Below, one piece after another: positions 1 to 9,675 of a stretch of DNA of 64,000 nucleotides. Positions within the stretch are counted from its first letter, which is position 1. Each line of letters opens with the position of its first letter. This DNA comes from an uncultured Gemmatimonadales bacterium. GTDB lineage: Bacteria > Gemmatimonadota > Gemmatimonadetes > Longimicrobiales > Gaopeijiaceae. The stretch lies in NCBI GenBank assembly GCA_963809895.1, contig CAWELD010000003.1, positions 3,520,001 through 3,584,000 on the forward strand, written 5' to 3'. The notes under the pieces are model-generated. The model made no database searches, was not told the DNA's origin, and saw nothing but the letters and a program-made list of their open reading frames with translations. The position numbers were made by a program, and so were the translations under genes.

Positions 1-939
1 GGCCACGGCGACGCCCATGTGAACGTGGTGGAAGCGGCGGATGTGGTCGTCGTGCCAGGCGGCGTTGCACTCGGGATGCCTGGCCAGCGCCGCCGAAGTG
101 GCCTTGAGCACGAAATCGTTCACGGAGATCTTGTCGCCGTCCTTCTCCACCACGGCGTTGACCCGGCGGCGGGCCTCCATGACCCGGCCCATGTCCACCT
201 CTACCGTCAGGAAGAAGTGGGGAACCGGGCTCAGCGATTCCGTGAGCCTGCGCGCGATGGTCTTTCGCATCTGGCTCACGGGCACGTCTTCGTGGCTCTC
301 CAACGCACCGGCATCGGACCAGGCCTCGGGCGCAGGGGCTCCGGGGGCCGCCGACGTAGCCGGTGCCTTCGCCGGAGCTGGAGCGGCCCTGGCCTCTTCG
401 ACGTCGCGCTTGACGATGCGTCCGCCAGGCCCGGACCCTTCCACGGCCGCCAGGTCCAGCCCCGCCTCTTCGGCGAGGCGGCGGGCCAGGGGCGAGGCCT
501 TCACACGCTCCCCGGCCGAGTCCTCCATCTCCTTGTCCGACTTGGATTTGGCGCCATCAGCCGTCTCTCCTTCCGCCTGCGCCTCCTGCTCGTCGGAACC
601 ATCCTCCGCGGCAGGAGCTGGCTCTTCTTTCTCCTTGTCCGACTTGGAGTTGGCGGATTCCGACCCTCCGCTGTCGCTCACCAGGTCAGAGATGTCCTCG
701 CCCTCGTCACCGATGACGGCGATCACTTCGCCCACGGGCGCCACGCCGCCTTCCTGGACCAGGATCTTGAGGAGCAGTCCCGCCCCCCGGGCGGTGAGCT
801 CCATGGTGGCCTTGTCGGTCTCGATCTCGGCCAGGATGTCGCCGTTGTCGACCTCGTCCCCTTCGGACTTCAGCCAGCGCACGACCTGGCCCTCCTCCAT
901 GGTGGGGGAGAGGGCCTCCATGTGGACCTTGGTCGCCAT
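1..939 (-). CDS. pdhC: Pyruvate dehydrogenase E2, dihydrolipoamide acetyltransferase (5' part; runs off the window)
   Basis: Manual translation from ATG at 939: MATKVHMEALSPTMEEG...EIETDKATME (lipoyl domain), acidic linker, KASPLARRLAEEAG..GSGPGGRI (subunit-binding domain). Follows pdhB. Confidence 0.95.
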   Translation of the reverse strand, partial: MATKVHMEALSPTMEEGQVVRWLKSEGDEVDNGDILAEIETDKATMELTARGAGLLLKILVQEGGVAPVGEVIAVIGDEGEDISDLVSDSGGSESANSKSDKEKEEPAPAAEDGSDEQEAQAEGETADGAKSKSDKEMEDSAGERVKASPLARRLAEEAGLDLAAVEGSGPGGRIVKRDVEEARAAPAPAKAPATSAAPGAPAPEAWSDAGALESHEDVPVSQMRKTIARRLTESLSPVPHFFLTVEVDMGRVMEARRRVNAVVEKDGDKISVNDFVLKATSAALARHPECNAAWHDDHIRRFHHVHMGVAVA

Positions 940-1009
940 TCGTCTATCAGCCTCGTCGGCGTTGCACGTTCAGATCGGGCTCGAGAGGGTCGCCTCTCGA
1001 GGCCCGGGT

Positions 1010-1990
1010 TCAGCGGTAGAGGACCTTGCGGCAGGCGTCCACGACGCGGTCTGCCGACGGCTTCGCCATCTGCTCCAGGTTCTTGGCGTACGGCATGGGC
1101 GTGTCGGCCTGCGTGACGCGCAGCAGAGGCGCGTCGAGCCAGTCGAAGGCCTCCTCCTGCACCGTGGCGACGATCTGCGCCCCCACGCCTGCGTAGGCCC
1201 ATCCCTCCTCCAGGTACACGGCCCGGTTGGTCTTCTTCACCGAGGTCAGGATGGCGTCCACGTCCAGCGGCCGGAGCGTCCTGAGGTCGACGACCTCCGC
1301 CGCGATCCCGTCCTTCTCCAGCTTGCGGGCCGCCTGGAGTGCGATCTGGACCATCTTCCCGTGGGTGATGATGGTGACGTCGTCGCCTTCCTGCTTCACG
1401 TCGGCCACGCCCAGGGGAATCACGAAGTCGTCGTCGTCGGGGACCTCGCCCTTCACGTTGTAGAGGAGCTCGCCCTCCATGAACGCCACCGGATCGTCGT
1501 CGCGGATGGCCGCCTTGAGCAGGCCCTTGGCGTCGGCCGGGGTGCCCGGGACCACGAGCTTCACGCCCGGTGCGTGCACGTAGTACGTCTCGCACGCCTG
1601 GGAATGCTGGGCGGAAAGCTGGAGCGCGGCGCCGGTGGGCCCCCGGAAGACGATGGGGCACTTGATCTGGCCGTTGGACATGTAGAGGAGCTTGGCCGCC
1701 GAGTTGATGACCTGGTCCAGCGCCAGGAAGGCGAAGTTGAAGGTCATGAACTCGCACACCGGCCGCAGCCCCGCCATGGCGGCGCCCACGCACAGTCCCC
1801 CGAACCCCAGCTCGCTGATGGGTGAGTCCACGACCCTGCGGTCGCCGAAGGCGTCCAGCAATCCCTTGGAGACCTTGTAGGCGCCGTCGTACTCCGCCAC
1901 CTCCTCACCCATGAGGAAGACGGATTCGTCGCGCTCCATCTCCTCGCGCAGTGCCTGGTTGAGGGCTTCGCGGTAGGTGATCTCGGCCAT
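1010..1990 (-). CDS. pdhB: Pyruvate dehydrogenase E1 beta subunit
   Basis: MAEITYREALNQALREEM..., DSPISE, AQHSQ and DLRTLRPLD motifs. Start overlaps the pdhA stop. Confidence 0.96.
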   Translation of the reverse strand: MAEITYREALNQALREEMERDESVFLMGEEVAEYDGAYKVSKGLLDAFGDRRVVDSPISELGFGGLCVGAAMAGLRPVCEFMTFNFAFLALDQVINSAAKLLYMSNGQIKCPIVFRGPTGAALQLSAQHSQACETYYVHAPGVKLVVPGTPADAKGLLKAAIRDDDPVAFMEGELLYNVKGEVPDDDDFVIPLGVADVKQEGDDVTIITHGKMVQIALQAARKLEKDGIAAEVVDLRTLRPLDVDAILTSVKKTNRAVYLEEGWAYAGVGAQIVATVQEEAFDWLDAPLLRVTQADTPMPYAKNLEQMAKPSADRVVDACRKVLYR

Positions 1991-3075
1991 CAGCCCTCTC
2001 CTCCGTCGCGGTCGCGTCCGTCGAAGAAGAGCCGACCGTGCGGATTCAACTCGGCGTATACGTGTGCGTAGAGGTCCTCGGGGCCCGGCGCCGGCGACTG
2101 GTCGGCGAAGTCGAAGGCGTCCTGTGCCCGTTCCCGGATCTCCCCGTCCAGCTCCTCCAGATGCTCCTGGTCCAGGACCCCCGCGTCGAAGAGCTTCTCT
2201 CGCAGGAGGGCGATGGGATCGTCGTTCTCGATCTTTCCCTCGACCTCCTCCTTGCTCCGGTAGGTCCCCGACACCGGATCCGACATGGAGTGGCCCTTGA
2301 AGCGGTAGGTCTCCACGTCGACGAAGCGGGGTCCTCCACCGTCGCGAACCTGGTCCACGAGCTCGGAGAAGTGCGTGTAGGTCTCCAGGACGTCCTGGCC
2401 GTCCACCACGGACGACGCGATCCCGTAGGCGCACGCCTTGTCCTTGATCTCGGTCAGGGACACCCGCTTGAAGGCGGTGCCCATGCCGTAGGAGTTGTTC
2501 TCCACCGCGAAGATGACCGGGAGCTCCCACACCGCCGCCATGTTGAGGGCCTCGTGGAAGGCGCCCTGGTTGACCGCGGCGTCGCCGAGAAAGCAGAGCA
2601 CCACCCGGTCCTCGTCCCGGTACCTGGCGGCGAAGGCCAGCCCCGCCGCCAGCGGAATCTGCCCGCCCACGATCCCGTGCCCTCCCATGAAGCCCCTGGA
2701 GACGTCGAAGAGGTGCATGGAGCCGCCCTTGCCGCCCGAGCAGCCGTCCTTGCGGCCGAAGAGCTCGGCCATGACGACCCTGGGATCCATCCCCTTGGCC
2801 AGGGCCTGGGTGTGCTCACGGTAGGCCGAGATGACGTAGTCGTCGTCGCGCAGCGCGCCGATGCTGCCGGCCGCCACACCCTCCTGGCCGATGTGCAGGT
2901 GACAGAAGCCGCCGATCTTGCCGATGGCGTAGGCCTCCTCGGCCTTCTCTTCGAAGCGGCGGAAGAGCAGCATGGCCTGGAGGAGCTCCATGGCCGTCTC
3001 GGGCGCCACACCCTGGAGGACGTCCTGCTCCTCCGCGTCGGTCCGCGCGCCGTTCTTCGTCGTCGTCTCGGCCAT
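1990..3075 (-). CDS. pdhA: Pyruvate dehydrogenase E1 alpha subunit
   Basis: GKIGGFCHL, YREH, GKGGSMH, GDAA..QG (TPP motif), TYRFKGHSMSDP. Confidence 0.96.
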   Translation of the reverse strand: MAETTTKNGARTDAEEQDVLQGVAPETAMELLQAMLLFRRFEEKAEEAYAIGKIGGFCHLHIGQEGVAAGSIGALRDDDYVISAYREHTQALAKGMDPRVVMAELFGRKDGCSGGKGGSMHLFDVSRGFMGGHGIVGGQIPLAAGLAFAARYRDEDRVVLCFLGDAAVNQGAFHEALNMAAVWELPVIFAVENNSYGMGTAFKRVSLTEIKDKACAYGIASSVVDGQDVLETYTHFSELVDQVRDGGGPRFVDVETYRFKGHSMSDPVSGTYRSKEEVEGKIENDDPIALLREKLFDAGVLDQEHLEELDGEIRERAQDAFDFADQSPAPGPEDLYAHVYAELNPHGRLFFDGRDRDGGEG

Positions 3076-3080
3076 CTGGC

Positions 3081-4187
3081 TCACTCTCCCGCCGAGGTCC
3101 GGCCGGGCCGGGCCGGCTCCAGCTGCACCAGGTCGCTGCGGGGCATCATCTCGGCCGGAGCAGGAACATCGGCCTCCAGGACATCGACGATCCGCCCCGG
3201 ACCACCAGCCTCCACCTCGCGAGCCTGTTCCTTGGCGTGGTAGCTGGAGCGCACCAGGGGTCCCGCTTCCACGTGCCGGAACCCGAGCTCGTCCTCGCCC
3301 ACGCGCTTCCATGCGGCAAACTCATCGGGCGACACCCAGCGCGCCACCGGAATGTGCTGGGCCGAAGGGCGCAGATACTGGCCCAGGGTCAGGATGTCCA
3401 CCGACGCCTCCCGAAGGTCGGCCATCGCCTGGCGGACCTCGTGGGCTTCCTCTCCCATCCCCAGGATGATGCCCGTCTTGGTGAGGATGTCCGGCGCCAG
3501 CTTCTTCGACGCCCCCAGGAAGGAGATGGAGCGCCAGTAGCGGCCGCCGGGGCGGACATCGGGGTGGAGCCGCTCCACCGTTTCCAGGTTGTGCCCCAGA
3601 ATGGCCGGCCTGGCCTCCAGCACCGCCGCCAACGCGTCCTCGTCGCCCTTGAAGTCGGGGATGAGAACCTCGACGGAGCAGTCGGGGAGCCGACGGCGGA
3701 TCTGGCGGATCGTATCCGCGTAGATGCCGGCGCCCCCGTCGGGGAGCTCGTCACGGTTCACGCTCGTGATGACCACGTGCTCCAGGCCCATGGCCTCACA
3801 CGACTCGGCCACGCGGCGCGGCTCGTCCAGGTCCAGCTCGGTGGGCATCCCGTGGGCGACGCCGCAGTACTTGCACGCCCGCGTGCACACGTCGCCCAGG
3901 ATCATGAAGGTCGCGGTGCCAGCCTCCCAGCACTCGCCGATGTTGGGGCAGCCAGCCTCCTCGCACACGGTGTGCAGGGACTGGTTGCGCATCAGCTTCT
4001 GCAGCCGCAGGTAGTTCCGGCCGCCCGGCGAGCGCACCTTGAGCCACTGGGGCTTGCGACTCCGGTGCGGGACGGTCTCCAGGCCTTCGTGGGCCCGGAT
4101 CCGGCTGGTGCCCTTGGGCTTCACCAGACCGGTGTCCTTGCCCTCCGGGGCATACCCCCGGGGGGTTTCCATGGCTGTATCGGTCAC
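3081..4187 (-). CDS. lipA: Lipoyl synthase
   Basis: CEEAGCPNIGEC plus CTRACKYC radical-SAM motif and C-terminal RSSY. GTG start at 4187 after a GAGGAGGGAG RBS. Confidence 0.96.
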   Translation of the reverse strand: MTDTAMETPRGYAPEGKDTGLVKPKGTSRIRAHEGLETVPHRSRKPQWLKVRSPGGRNYLRLQKLMRNQSLHTVCEEAGCPNIGECWEAGTATFMILGDVCTRACKYCGVAHGMPTELDLDEPRRVAESCEAMGLEHVVITSVNRDELPDGGAGIYADTIRQIRRRLPDCSVEVLIPDFKGDEDALAAVLEARPAILGHNLETVERLHPDVRPGGRYWRSISFLGASKKLAPDILTKTGIILGMGEEAHEVRQAMADLREASVDILTLGQYLRPSAQHIPVARWVSPDEFAAWKRVGEDELGFRHVEAGPLVRSSYHAKEQAREVEAGGPGRIVDVLEADVPAPAEMMPRSDLVQLEPARPGRTSAGE

Positions 4188-4367
4188 GGTCTCCCTCCTC
4201 CGGCTCCGGGATGGGTCCCGGAGCTCGGTTCGGAGGCGCGAACCCACGCCGTCGGCGGCGTCCGCGTCCCGTCGTGGTTCGGTTGATCCGGATGGAAACG
4301 GCCGCACGAATGCGGCCGCATAAACCTCACCCCCGGCGCCCCGGAGGGTTCCGGAGAAAGCCCCGAA

Positions 4368-5531
4368 TCATAGCCCGAGGCCCAGCCCCCGAACAAGGTA
4401 ACCGACGGCGAAACCCAGGTAGTTGCCGAGGGCGTATCCCAGCAGCCCCACGAGCACACCGGGAAGCACCAGGCCCCGCCACCCCCGCGACACCGCCACC
4501 GCCAACGCGCTGGACGGCCCTCCCACCGCGGCCTGCGAGGCCACGCTCAACGTGGCCAGATCCAGGCGCAACGCGCGCCCGATGCCGTAGACGAGCAGGC
4601 CGTGTACGCCCACCACCACCAGGGTGTAGAAGAACACCTCCACGCCCACCGCCAGAATGTCGGCGACCCTGGAGTGGATGCCGATGACCACGAAGAAGAG
4701 ATGCAGCGCCACCGTGCCCAGCTGCAGCGCTCCCCGGGGTGTCCGGAAGGGTCGGGTCTGCCCCACCAGGAGCGCGACCGTGGTGAGCCAGAGCACGGAG
4801 GGAATCGCCGGCACGCTCCGTCCGAGAAGGTCGGCCACGACCAGCAGGACGGCACCGGTCGCCAGCAGGACGGCAAGGTCCAGCGTGGAGATGGGCCGCT
4901 TGCGGAAGAAGGGATGGTCCTCGTTGGGGTCCCGGGCCTCGGAGGGACTCTCGCCGTCGTCGCCTCGGGCCGTGGCAGGAATGTCCACGGGCCAGAAGCG
5001 GCGCAGCCACACGGGCAGAAGCAGGGTGGCACCCAGCCAGAGGCTGGTGGTGACGTTGTCCGCGGCCGTGGCGCCGGCGAAGAGCCTGTCGGGAAGTCCC
5101 ACGCCCCGGCCCACGGCCACGAAGTTGACCGAGCCGCCGGAGTAGGTGCCGGTGAGGGTCCCGGCCAGCTTCCAGTTGTCGCCGGCGAAGGTCGGCGCGA
5201 AGATGAGCGCGCCCACGAAGGCCCCCACCGCCGTCGCGCCCACCGCCAGTCCGAAGGCCAACAGCATGCCCGGGCCCGCCTTACGCACGTCCGACAGGTT
5301 CACCGCCAGCAGCAGCCATGCGATGGCCAGCGAGGTGACGGGCCCGCCGATGACGTCGTAGACCGACGAATCGACGGGCACGAGGCCGGCGTTGGAGAGC
5401 ACGGCGCCGATGACGATGGCCAGCAGCGACGCCCCCACCCGCGACAAGGGAGCGACGCGGTAGTCCAGCCAGAAGGCGGCCGCGGCCACGGCGGCGATGA
5501 GGGCGGCCAGCGCCAGGGGTTCGGAGATCAA
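4368..5531 (-). CDS. DUF819-family multi-pass membrane protein
   Basis: About 10 hydrophobic segments; GTYSGGSVNFVAV and VASQAAVGGPSSA motifs. Confidence 0.8.
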   Translation of the reverse strand: MISEPLALAALIAAVAAAAFWLDYRVAPLSRVGASLLAIVIGAVLSNAGLVPVDSSVYDVIGGPVTSLAIAWLLLAVNLSDVRKAGPGMLLAFGLAVGATAVGAFVGALIFAPTFAGDNWKLAGTLTGTYSGGSVNFVAVGRGVGLPDRLFAGATAADNVTTSLWLGATLLLPVWLRRFWPVDIPATARGDDGESPSEARDPNEDHPFFRKRPISTLDLAVLLATGAVLLVVADLLGRSVPAIPSVLWLTTVALLVGQTRPFRTPRGALQLGTVALHLFFVVIGIHSRVADILAVGVEVFFYTLVVVGVHGLLVYGIGRALRLDLATLSVASQAAVGGPSSALAVAVSRGWRGLVLPGVLVGLLGYALGNYLGFAVGYLVRGLGLGL

Positions 5532-5592
5532 CGCCTGCGACCGGCCGCCGAAGTCACCGGCCCGCGCCCCGGACCCACCTCGGCAGCCCTCG

Positions 5593-6387
5593 TCACCGCT
5601 CGAATCCCTTGCCGGGCAGATGGCCGTTGTTGGCCCGATAGCGCTCCAGCACGTGCTTCACCACGTCGTCCGGAGAATCGGTGACGCACAACAGATCCAG
5701 GTCCTTCTGCGCGATCTTGCCTTCGCGGAGCATGGTTCTCGTGATCCAGTCCACCATGCCCTGCCAGTACTCGCTGCCGAAGAGGACCACCGGAAAGTTC
5801 TTGACCTTGCGGGTCTGGATCAGGGTCAGCGCCTCGAAGAGCTCGTCCATGGTCCCGAAGCCGCCGGGGAAGATGACGAAGGCCTCCGAGTACTTCACGA
5901 ACATCGTCTTGCGCACGAAGAAGTAGCGGAAGTCCACCGCTACGTCGACGTAGGCGTTGGTCCCCTGCTCGAAGGGTAGCTCGATGTTGCAGCCGATGGA
6001 CGGCTTCCCGGCCTCGCGGGCCCCTTTGTTGGCGGCTTCCATCATGCCGGGACCACCCCCGGTGATGACCCCGAAGCCGGCCTCCCCCAGCCGACGCGCC
6101 GTCTCCACGCACGTCTTGTAGAGGGGATCCCGCGACGTCACCCGGGCCGAGCCGAAGAAGGCGACGCACGGGCCGTGTCCCGCCATGTCCTCGAAGCCCT
6201 CGACGAACTCCCCCATGATGCGGAAGATGCGCCAGGAGTCCTTGGCGATCAGGAACTCCGGCGAGCGCGTGAGCTCCTCGACGGCGCTCTCCAGGAAGCG
6301 CTCGTCCTCGGTCTCCCTGGACGGCGGCGGCGGCGGAACGACCTCGGTGGGGATCGCCGCGCCTTCGTCCATGGGCTGGTCGCTCAC
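5593..6387 (-). CDS. LOG-family (TIGR00730) Rossmann-fold nucleotide phosphoribohydrolase
   Basis: FGSAR, TGGGPGMMEAAN, YFFVRK, PGGFGTMDE. GTG start after GAGGAG. Confidence 0.9.
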   Translation of the reverse strand: MSDQPMDEGAAIPTEVVPPPPPSRETEDERFLESAVEELTRSPEFLIAKDSWRIFRIMGEFVEGFEDMAGHGPCVAFFGSARVTSRDPLYKTCVETARRLGEAGFGVITGGGPGMMEAANKGAREAGKPSIGCNIELPFEQGTNAYVDVAVDFRYFFVRKTMFVKYSEAFVIFPGGFGTMDELFEALTLIQTRKVKNFPVVLFGSEYWQGMVDWITRTMLREGKIAQKDLDLLCVTDSPDDVVKHVLERYRANNGHLPGKGFER

Positions 6388-6397
6388 GATCCTCTCC

Positions 6398-7213
6398 TCA
6401 TCCACCTGCCAGGTAGGTCTGGGCCTCACCGTGCAGGGTGTCCATGATGTTCGTGTGCTGCGCGTAGTCGTCGTTGCCGCTGGCCATCTGCGTCTCCCAC
6501 ACGTCCAGCATGTGCTGGTAGTACTGCCGGGCCTTGGCGTCGTCACCGAGCTCCCGGGCGGCCTGCGCCGCGGCGGCCAGGTTCAGCAGATGGTCGGGAT
6601 TGTCGGCCAGGACCTCCTCGGCGGTGGCCAGCGCGCCCGCGGCGTCACCCCCGAGCCGCTGCAGGATGGACAGGTGGTACATGCCGTCGGTGTCCAGCGG
6701 CTTGGCCTGCTCGTAGGCCGAGATGGACATGGGCAGGAAGCTCTGCACGGTGAGCGTGTCGCCGTTCTCCGCAGCGCCCATGACCCGGTTGAAGAGTCGG
6801 TCGGCCGCCTCCCGGGGCGTCATGGTGGTCAGGTCCACGGAGGACATGCCCGCGGCCGGGTTCGCGCCACCCGGGCCGCCGGCGGGAGGAGCGACCTGAT
6901 CCGGTCGCAGGATGGGCCACGCCACCACCAGGATCAGCACGACGAGCATGCCGCCGGCGACCCACCAGCCCATGTGCGGCTCACCACCCCCGCCTCCGCC
7001 GGCGACGCGCGCCGGCTGGGCCTGGGCCTGGGGCATGGGTGCGGGCGTTCCAGCGGCGAGGGGGCTCCCGCACTGGGTGCAGAAGTGGGATCCGGGCTCG
7101 GGCTCGGCGCCGCAGGTGGGACAGGCTCGGGCGCCGACGGCGGCGCCGCAGCTGGCGCAGAAATTCCCGGTGGCGGTGGCGCCGCACTGGGGGCATTTGG
7201 TCGTAGAAGTCAT
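6398..7213 (-). CDS. Double zinc-ribbon membrane protein with C-terminal helical/TPR-like domain
   Basis: Four CxxC pairs (CPQC, CASC, CPTC, CTQC), one TM segment, TPR-like C-terminus. Confidence 0.75.
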   Translation of the reverse strand: MTSTTKCPQCGATATGNFCASCGAAVGARACPTCGAEPEPGSHFCTQCGSPLAAGTPAPMPQAQAQPARVAGGGGGGEPHMGWWVAGGMLVVLILVVAWPILRPDQVAPPAGGPGGANPAAGMSSVDLTTMTPREAADRLFNRVMGAAENGDTLTVQSFLPMSISAYEQAKPLDTDGMYHLSILQRLGGDAAGALATAEEVLADNPDHLLNLAAAAQAARELGDDAKARQYYQHMLDVWETQMASGNDDYAQHTNIMDTLHGEAQTYLAGG

Positions 7214-7234
7214 GTCGTGTTCAGGACTATGAGG

Positions 7235-9535
7235 TCAGGGGGTCGCATCGCCGGCCAGCGCCCGATACAGGATGGGCCAGGTGGCCAGGGACTGCCCACG
7301 ATAGTTGGGTTGGAAGCCGAAGAGAATGACCGAGCCCTCGCCCACGTCGGCCTCCACGAGCGCGGGCTTGCCGGCCACGTGCTCGGGTCCCAGCACCCAG
7401 CCGGACATGAGAGGACTCTCGCCGTAGCGAGCCAGCACCCGGATCGAAGGGTCGGTGAGGTCGAAGGCCCGGCTGCTCCTCCAGTACCATGCGGCCACGC
7501 GTGGGTTCAGTCCCGAGGCGAAGGACCCCTGTGTCATGTCCAGCTCCAGAAGGGACCCGGGAATGTAGAAGTCGGTGGTGGGGAGTCGCTCCACGGCGTT
7601 GCTGACGCCGAGGTCGAACAGGTCCACCACGTAGTCCGTGGCTTCTTCCACCGCGACCAGGCGTCCGCCGTTCAGAACGAAATCGCGCAGCGCTCGCGCC
7701 CCCTCCTCGCCCATCCCTCCGGTGTACTCCGGGGGCAGCGTTCCGGCCTCGAAGCCGTCACGGATCGACGCCGGGTTCTGGCTCTGCAGGAGGATGACGT
7801 CGTAGCGGGAGGCCAGGTCGCCCCGCCGCACGTCGGCGTCGTGCAGGGTGTCGTAGGCGAGGTCCGCCTGATCGAAGACCCAGCGCGTCCACCCCTCCTC
7901 GCTGGGCTCCCGCCAGGACTTGTAGAGGGCGATGCGCGGCGCCCCGTCGCCGGTGAGCTCCGGGGGCAGCTCGAAGTCGAGCGGGGGCGGCGCCACCGCA
8001 TCCGACAGGGCCACGTCCAGCGGCTCCCGCACCGGCACCGCTTCCATGTCCATGAGGAGCGGAAGCGTGTGGGCCGTGACGTCGTAGGGGCGCCGCGGGG
8101 GGCCACCGGGATACTCGCGCAGATCGGGGTACTCCTGCCGCTCGAGCATGGTCTCGGCGAAGGACGCGTACGGCTGGTTCATGGGGATCACGTAGCTGCC
8201 CGCCGGAAAGCGCTCCCCGGCCACCGAGAAGGCCGCTTCCGCCCGGTGCACCTCCACGTCGGCCATGGCCAGGATGCGGACCACGTAGTCCAGACCCGCC
8301 CGGTTGGGCTGGTCTCCCGGCAGCACCCACGCCTCGGGCCACGCGGCCCACTTCTCCACGGCGCGCTGGCCGACGCCCACGAAGTTCTCGAGCCAGTAGC
8401 GCCGGTTGCGGGCGGCGTTCTCCAGGAGCGCCATGGCGCCGGCGTCCATGTAGTCCACGATGTCCGGCAGGCCCCAGTGGCCGCCCCGCCACGGATCCGG
8501 GTAGTTCCAGCTCGCCTGGGCCGCGTCGTAGCCGCGCCCGCCCCCGATGCGATCCGCCGGCACCTCCACGGGCGTGGCGAGGTCCGCCGAGGCGGTCTCG
8601 GACAGGATGCGCGCTCCCGCGTGATAGTGCTGGTAGGCTCGCGCAGGCGTGAAGGCGTCGTAGATCCCGGCCACCACCGCGCCGGCCTTGCCCTGGGCCG
8701 TCACGGCCGCGGCCATCCAGGTCCCCAGCTGGTTCACCGCCGTGGTCAGCGCCGGGTCGATGTTGTGCTCCCAGGGATCGATGTAGGGCGGGAAGAAGAT
8801 GCGCGCCGCCGACCCGCCCATCTGGTGGATGTCGTGGACGATCTGCGGGTGCCAGGCGTTGTGGGCCCCTGCGACCGTGGCCTGGGTCTCGGGTTGGGTG
8901 AAGGCGTACCAGTCCCGGTTGTTGTCGTGACCGGTGTAGAACTGGTAGAGCCAGGGCAGGGGCGCGGCCTCGTAGCGGGTTCCCACGAAGCGGTCGTACC
9001 AGTCCACCACCCACTGCAAGCCGTCGGGGTTGAGCGACGGGATGTCCAGGAGGATGACCTGGTCCAGGATCTCCCGGACCTCGGCGTCGTCGGACGAGGC
9101 CAGCCGATAGAGGAGGCGGGCGGCGGTCTGCGATCCCCCGACCTCGGTGGCGTGGATGCCGTGGGTGATCAGCACCACGGTGCGACCCCGATCCAGGAGA
9201 CTCGCAAGCTCCGTAGGGCCGGAAATGCGGCGCGGGTCCGCCAGCTTCATCTGGATCTGGTGCAGCTCGTCGATGCGCGCCTGGTTGGCCGCGCTGGTCA
9301 CCGTGAGCATCACGAACGGGCGGCCCTTCACCGTCGCTCCGATGGTGTCCAGCGTCACCCGGTCGGAGGCTCGCGCCAGCGCTTCGTAATACCCCGTGAG
9401 CTCGCTCCAGTCGGCGAGGTGGCGGTCGGCGCCCACGGGGAACCCGAAGTACGACTCGGGCGAAGGAACGCCCTGCGCAGCCAGCGACCCGGCCGCGACG
9501 AGGAGAGCGAGCGAGGTGGCGAAGATCCGCCGCAT
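7235..9535 (-). CDS. Secreted M14-family zinc carboxypeptidase
   Basis: Signal peptide MRRIFATSLALLVAAGSLAAQ; IHATE (HxxE), NPDG, DNNRD, HDIHQM; C-terminal GATase-like region. Confidence 0.88.
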   Translation of the reverse strand: MRRIFATSLALLVAAGSLAAQGVPSPESYFGFPVGADRHLADWSELTGYYEALARASDRVTLDTIGATVKGRPFVMLTVTSAANQARIDELHQIQMKLADPRRISGPTELASLLDRGRTVVLITHGIHATEVGGSQTAARLLYRLASSDDAEVREILDQVILLDIPSLNPDGLQWVVDWYDRFVGTRYEAAPLPWLYQFYTGHDNNRDWYAFTQPETQATVAGAHNAWHPQIVHDIHQMGGSAARIFFPPYIDPWEHNIDPALTTAVNQLGTWMAAAVTAQGKAGAVVAGIYDAFTPARAYQHYHAGARILSETASADLATPVEVPADRIGGGRGYDAAQASWNYPDPWRGGHWGLPDIVDYMDAGAMALLENAARNRRYWLENFVGVGQRAVEKWAAWPEAWVLPGDQPNRAGLDYVVRILAMADVEVHRAEAAFSVAGERFPAGSYVIPMNQPYASFAETMLERQEYPDLREYPGGPPRRPYDVTAHTLPLLMDMEAVPVREPLDVALSDAVAPPPLDFELPPELTGDGAPRIALYKSWREPSEEGWTRWVFDQADLAYDTLHDADVRRGDLASRYDVILLQSQNPASIRDGFEAGTLPPEYTGGMGEEGARALRDFVLNGGRLVAVEEATDYVVDLFDLGVSNAVERLPTTDFYIPGSLLELDMTQGSFASGLNPRVAAWYWRSSRAFDLTDPSIRVLARYGESPLMSGWVLGPEHVAGKPALVEADVGEGSVILFGFQPNYRGQSLATWPILYRALAGDATP

Positions 9536-9570
9536 GGTGACGTGCTCCATCGGGGTTCGGGGGATGCGGC

Positions 9571-9600
9571 ATGGTACGGCGGGCACACGCGCCCCGGCAA
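9571..9600 (-). promoter_or_regulatory. Putative sigma70 promoter of the M14 peptidase gene
   Basis: TTGCCG-N18-TACCAT on the minus strand. Confidence 0.45.
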
Positions 9601-9675
9601 TCCCGCGGGCGGCTTGACACGGGCCGGCGCGCGGCGCCGTATGGGGCGTGGCCAACCCCCAATCCCAGGATCCCC

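Noticed and set aside
19..3243. Long plus-strand ORFs opposite the pdh genes, and similar shadows throughout the window
   Set aside because: They have no recognisable motifs; stop-poor antisense frames are expected at this GC content.
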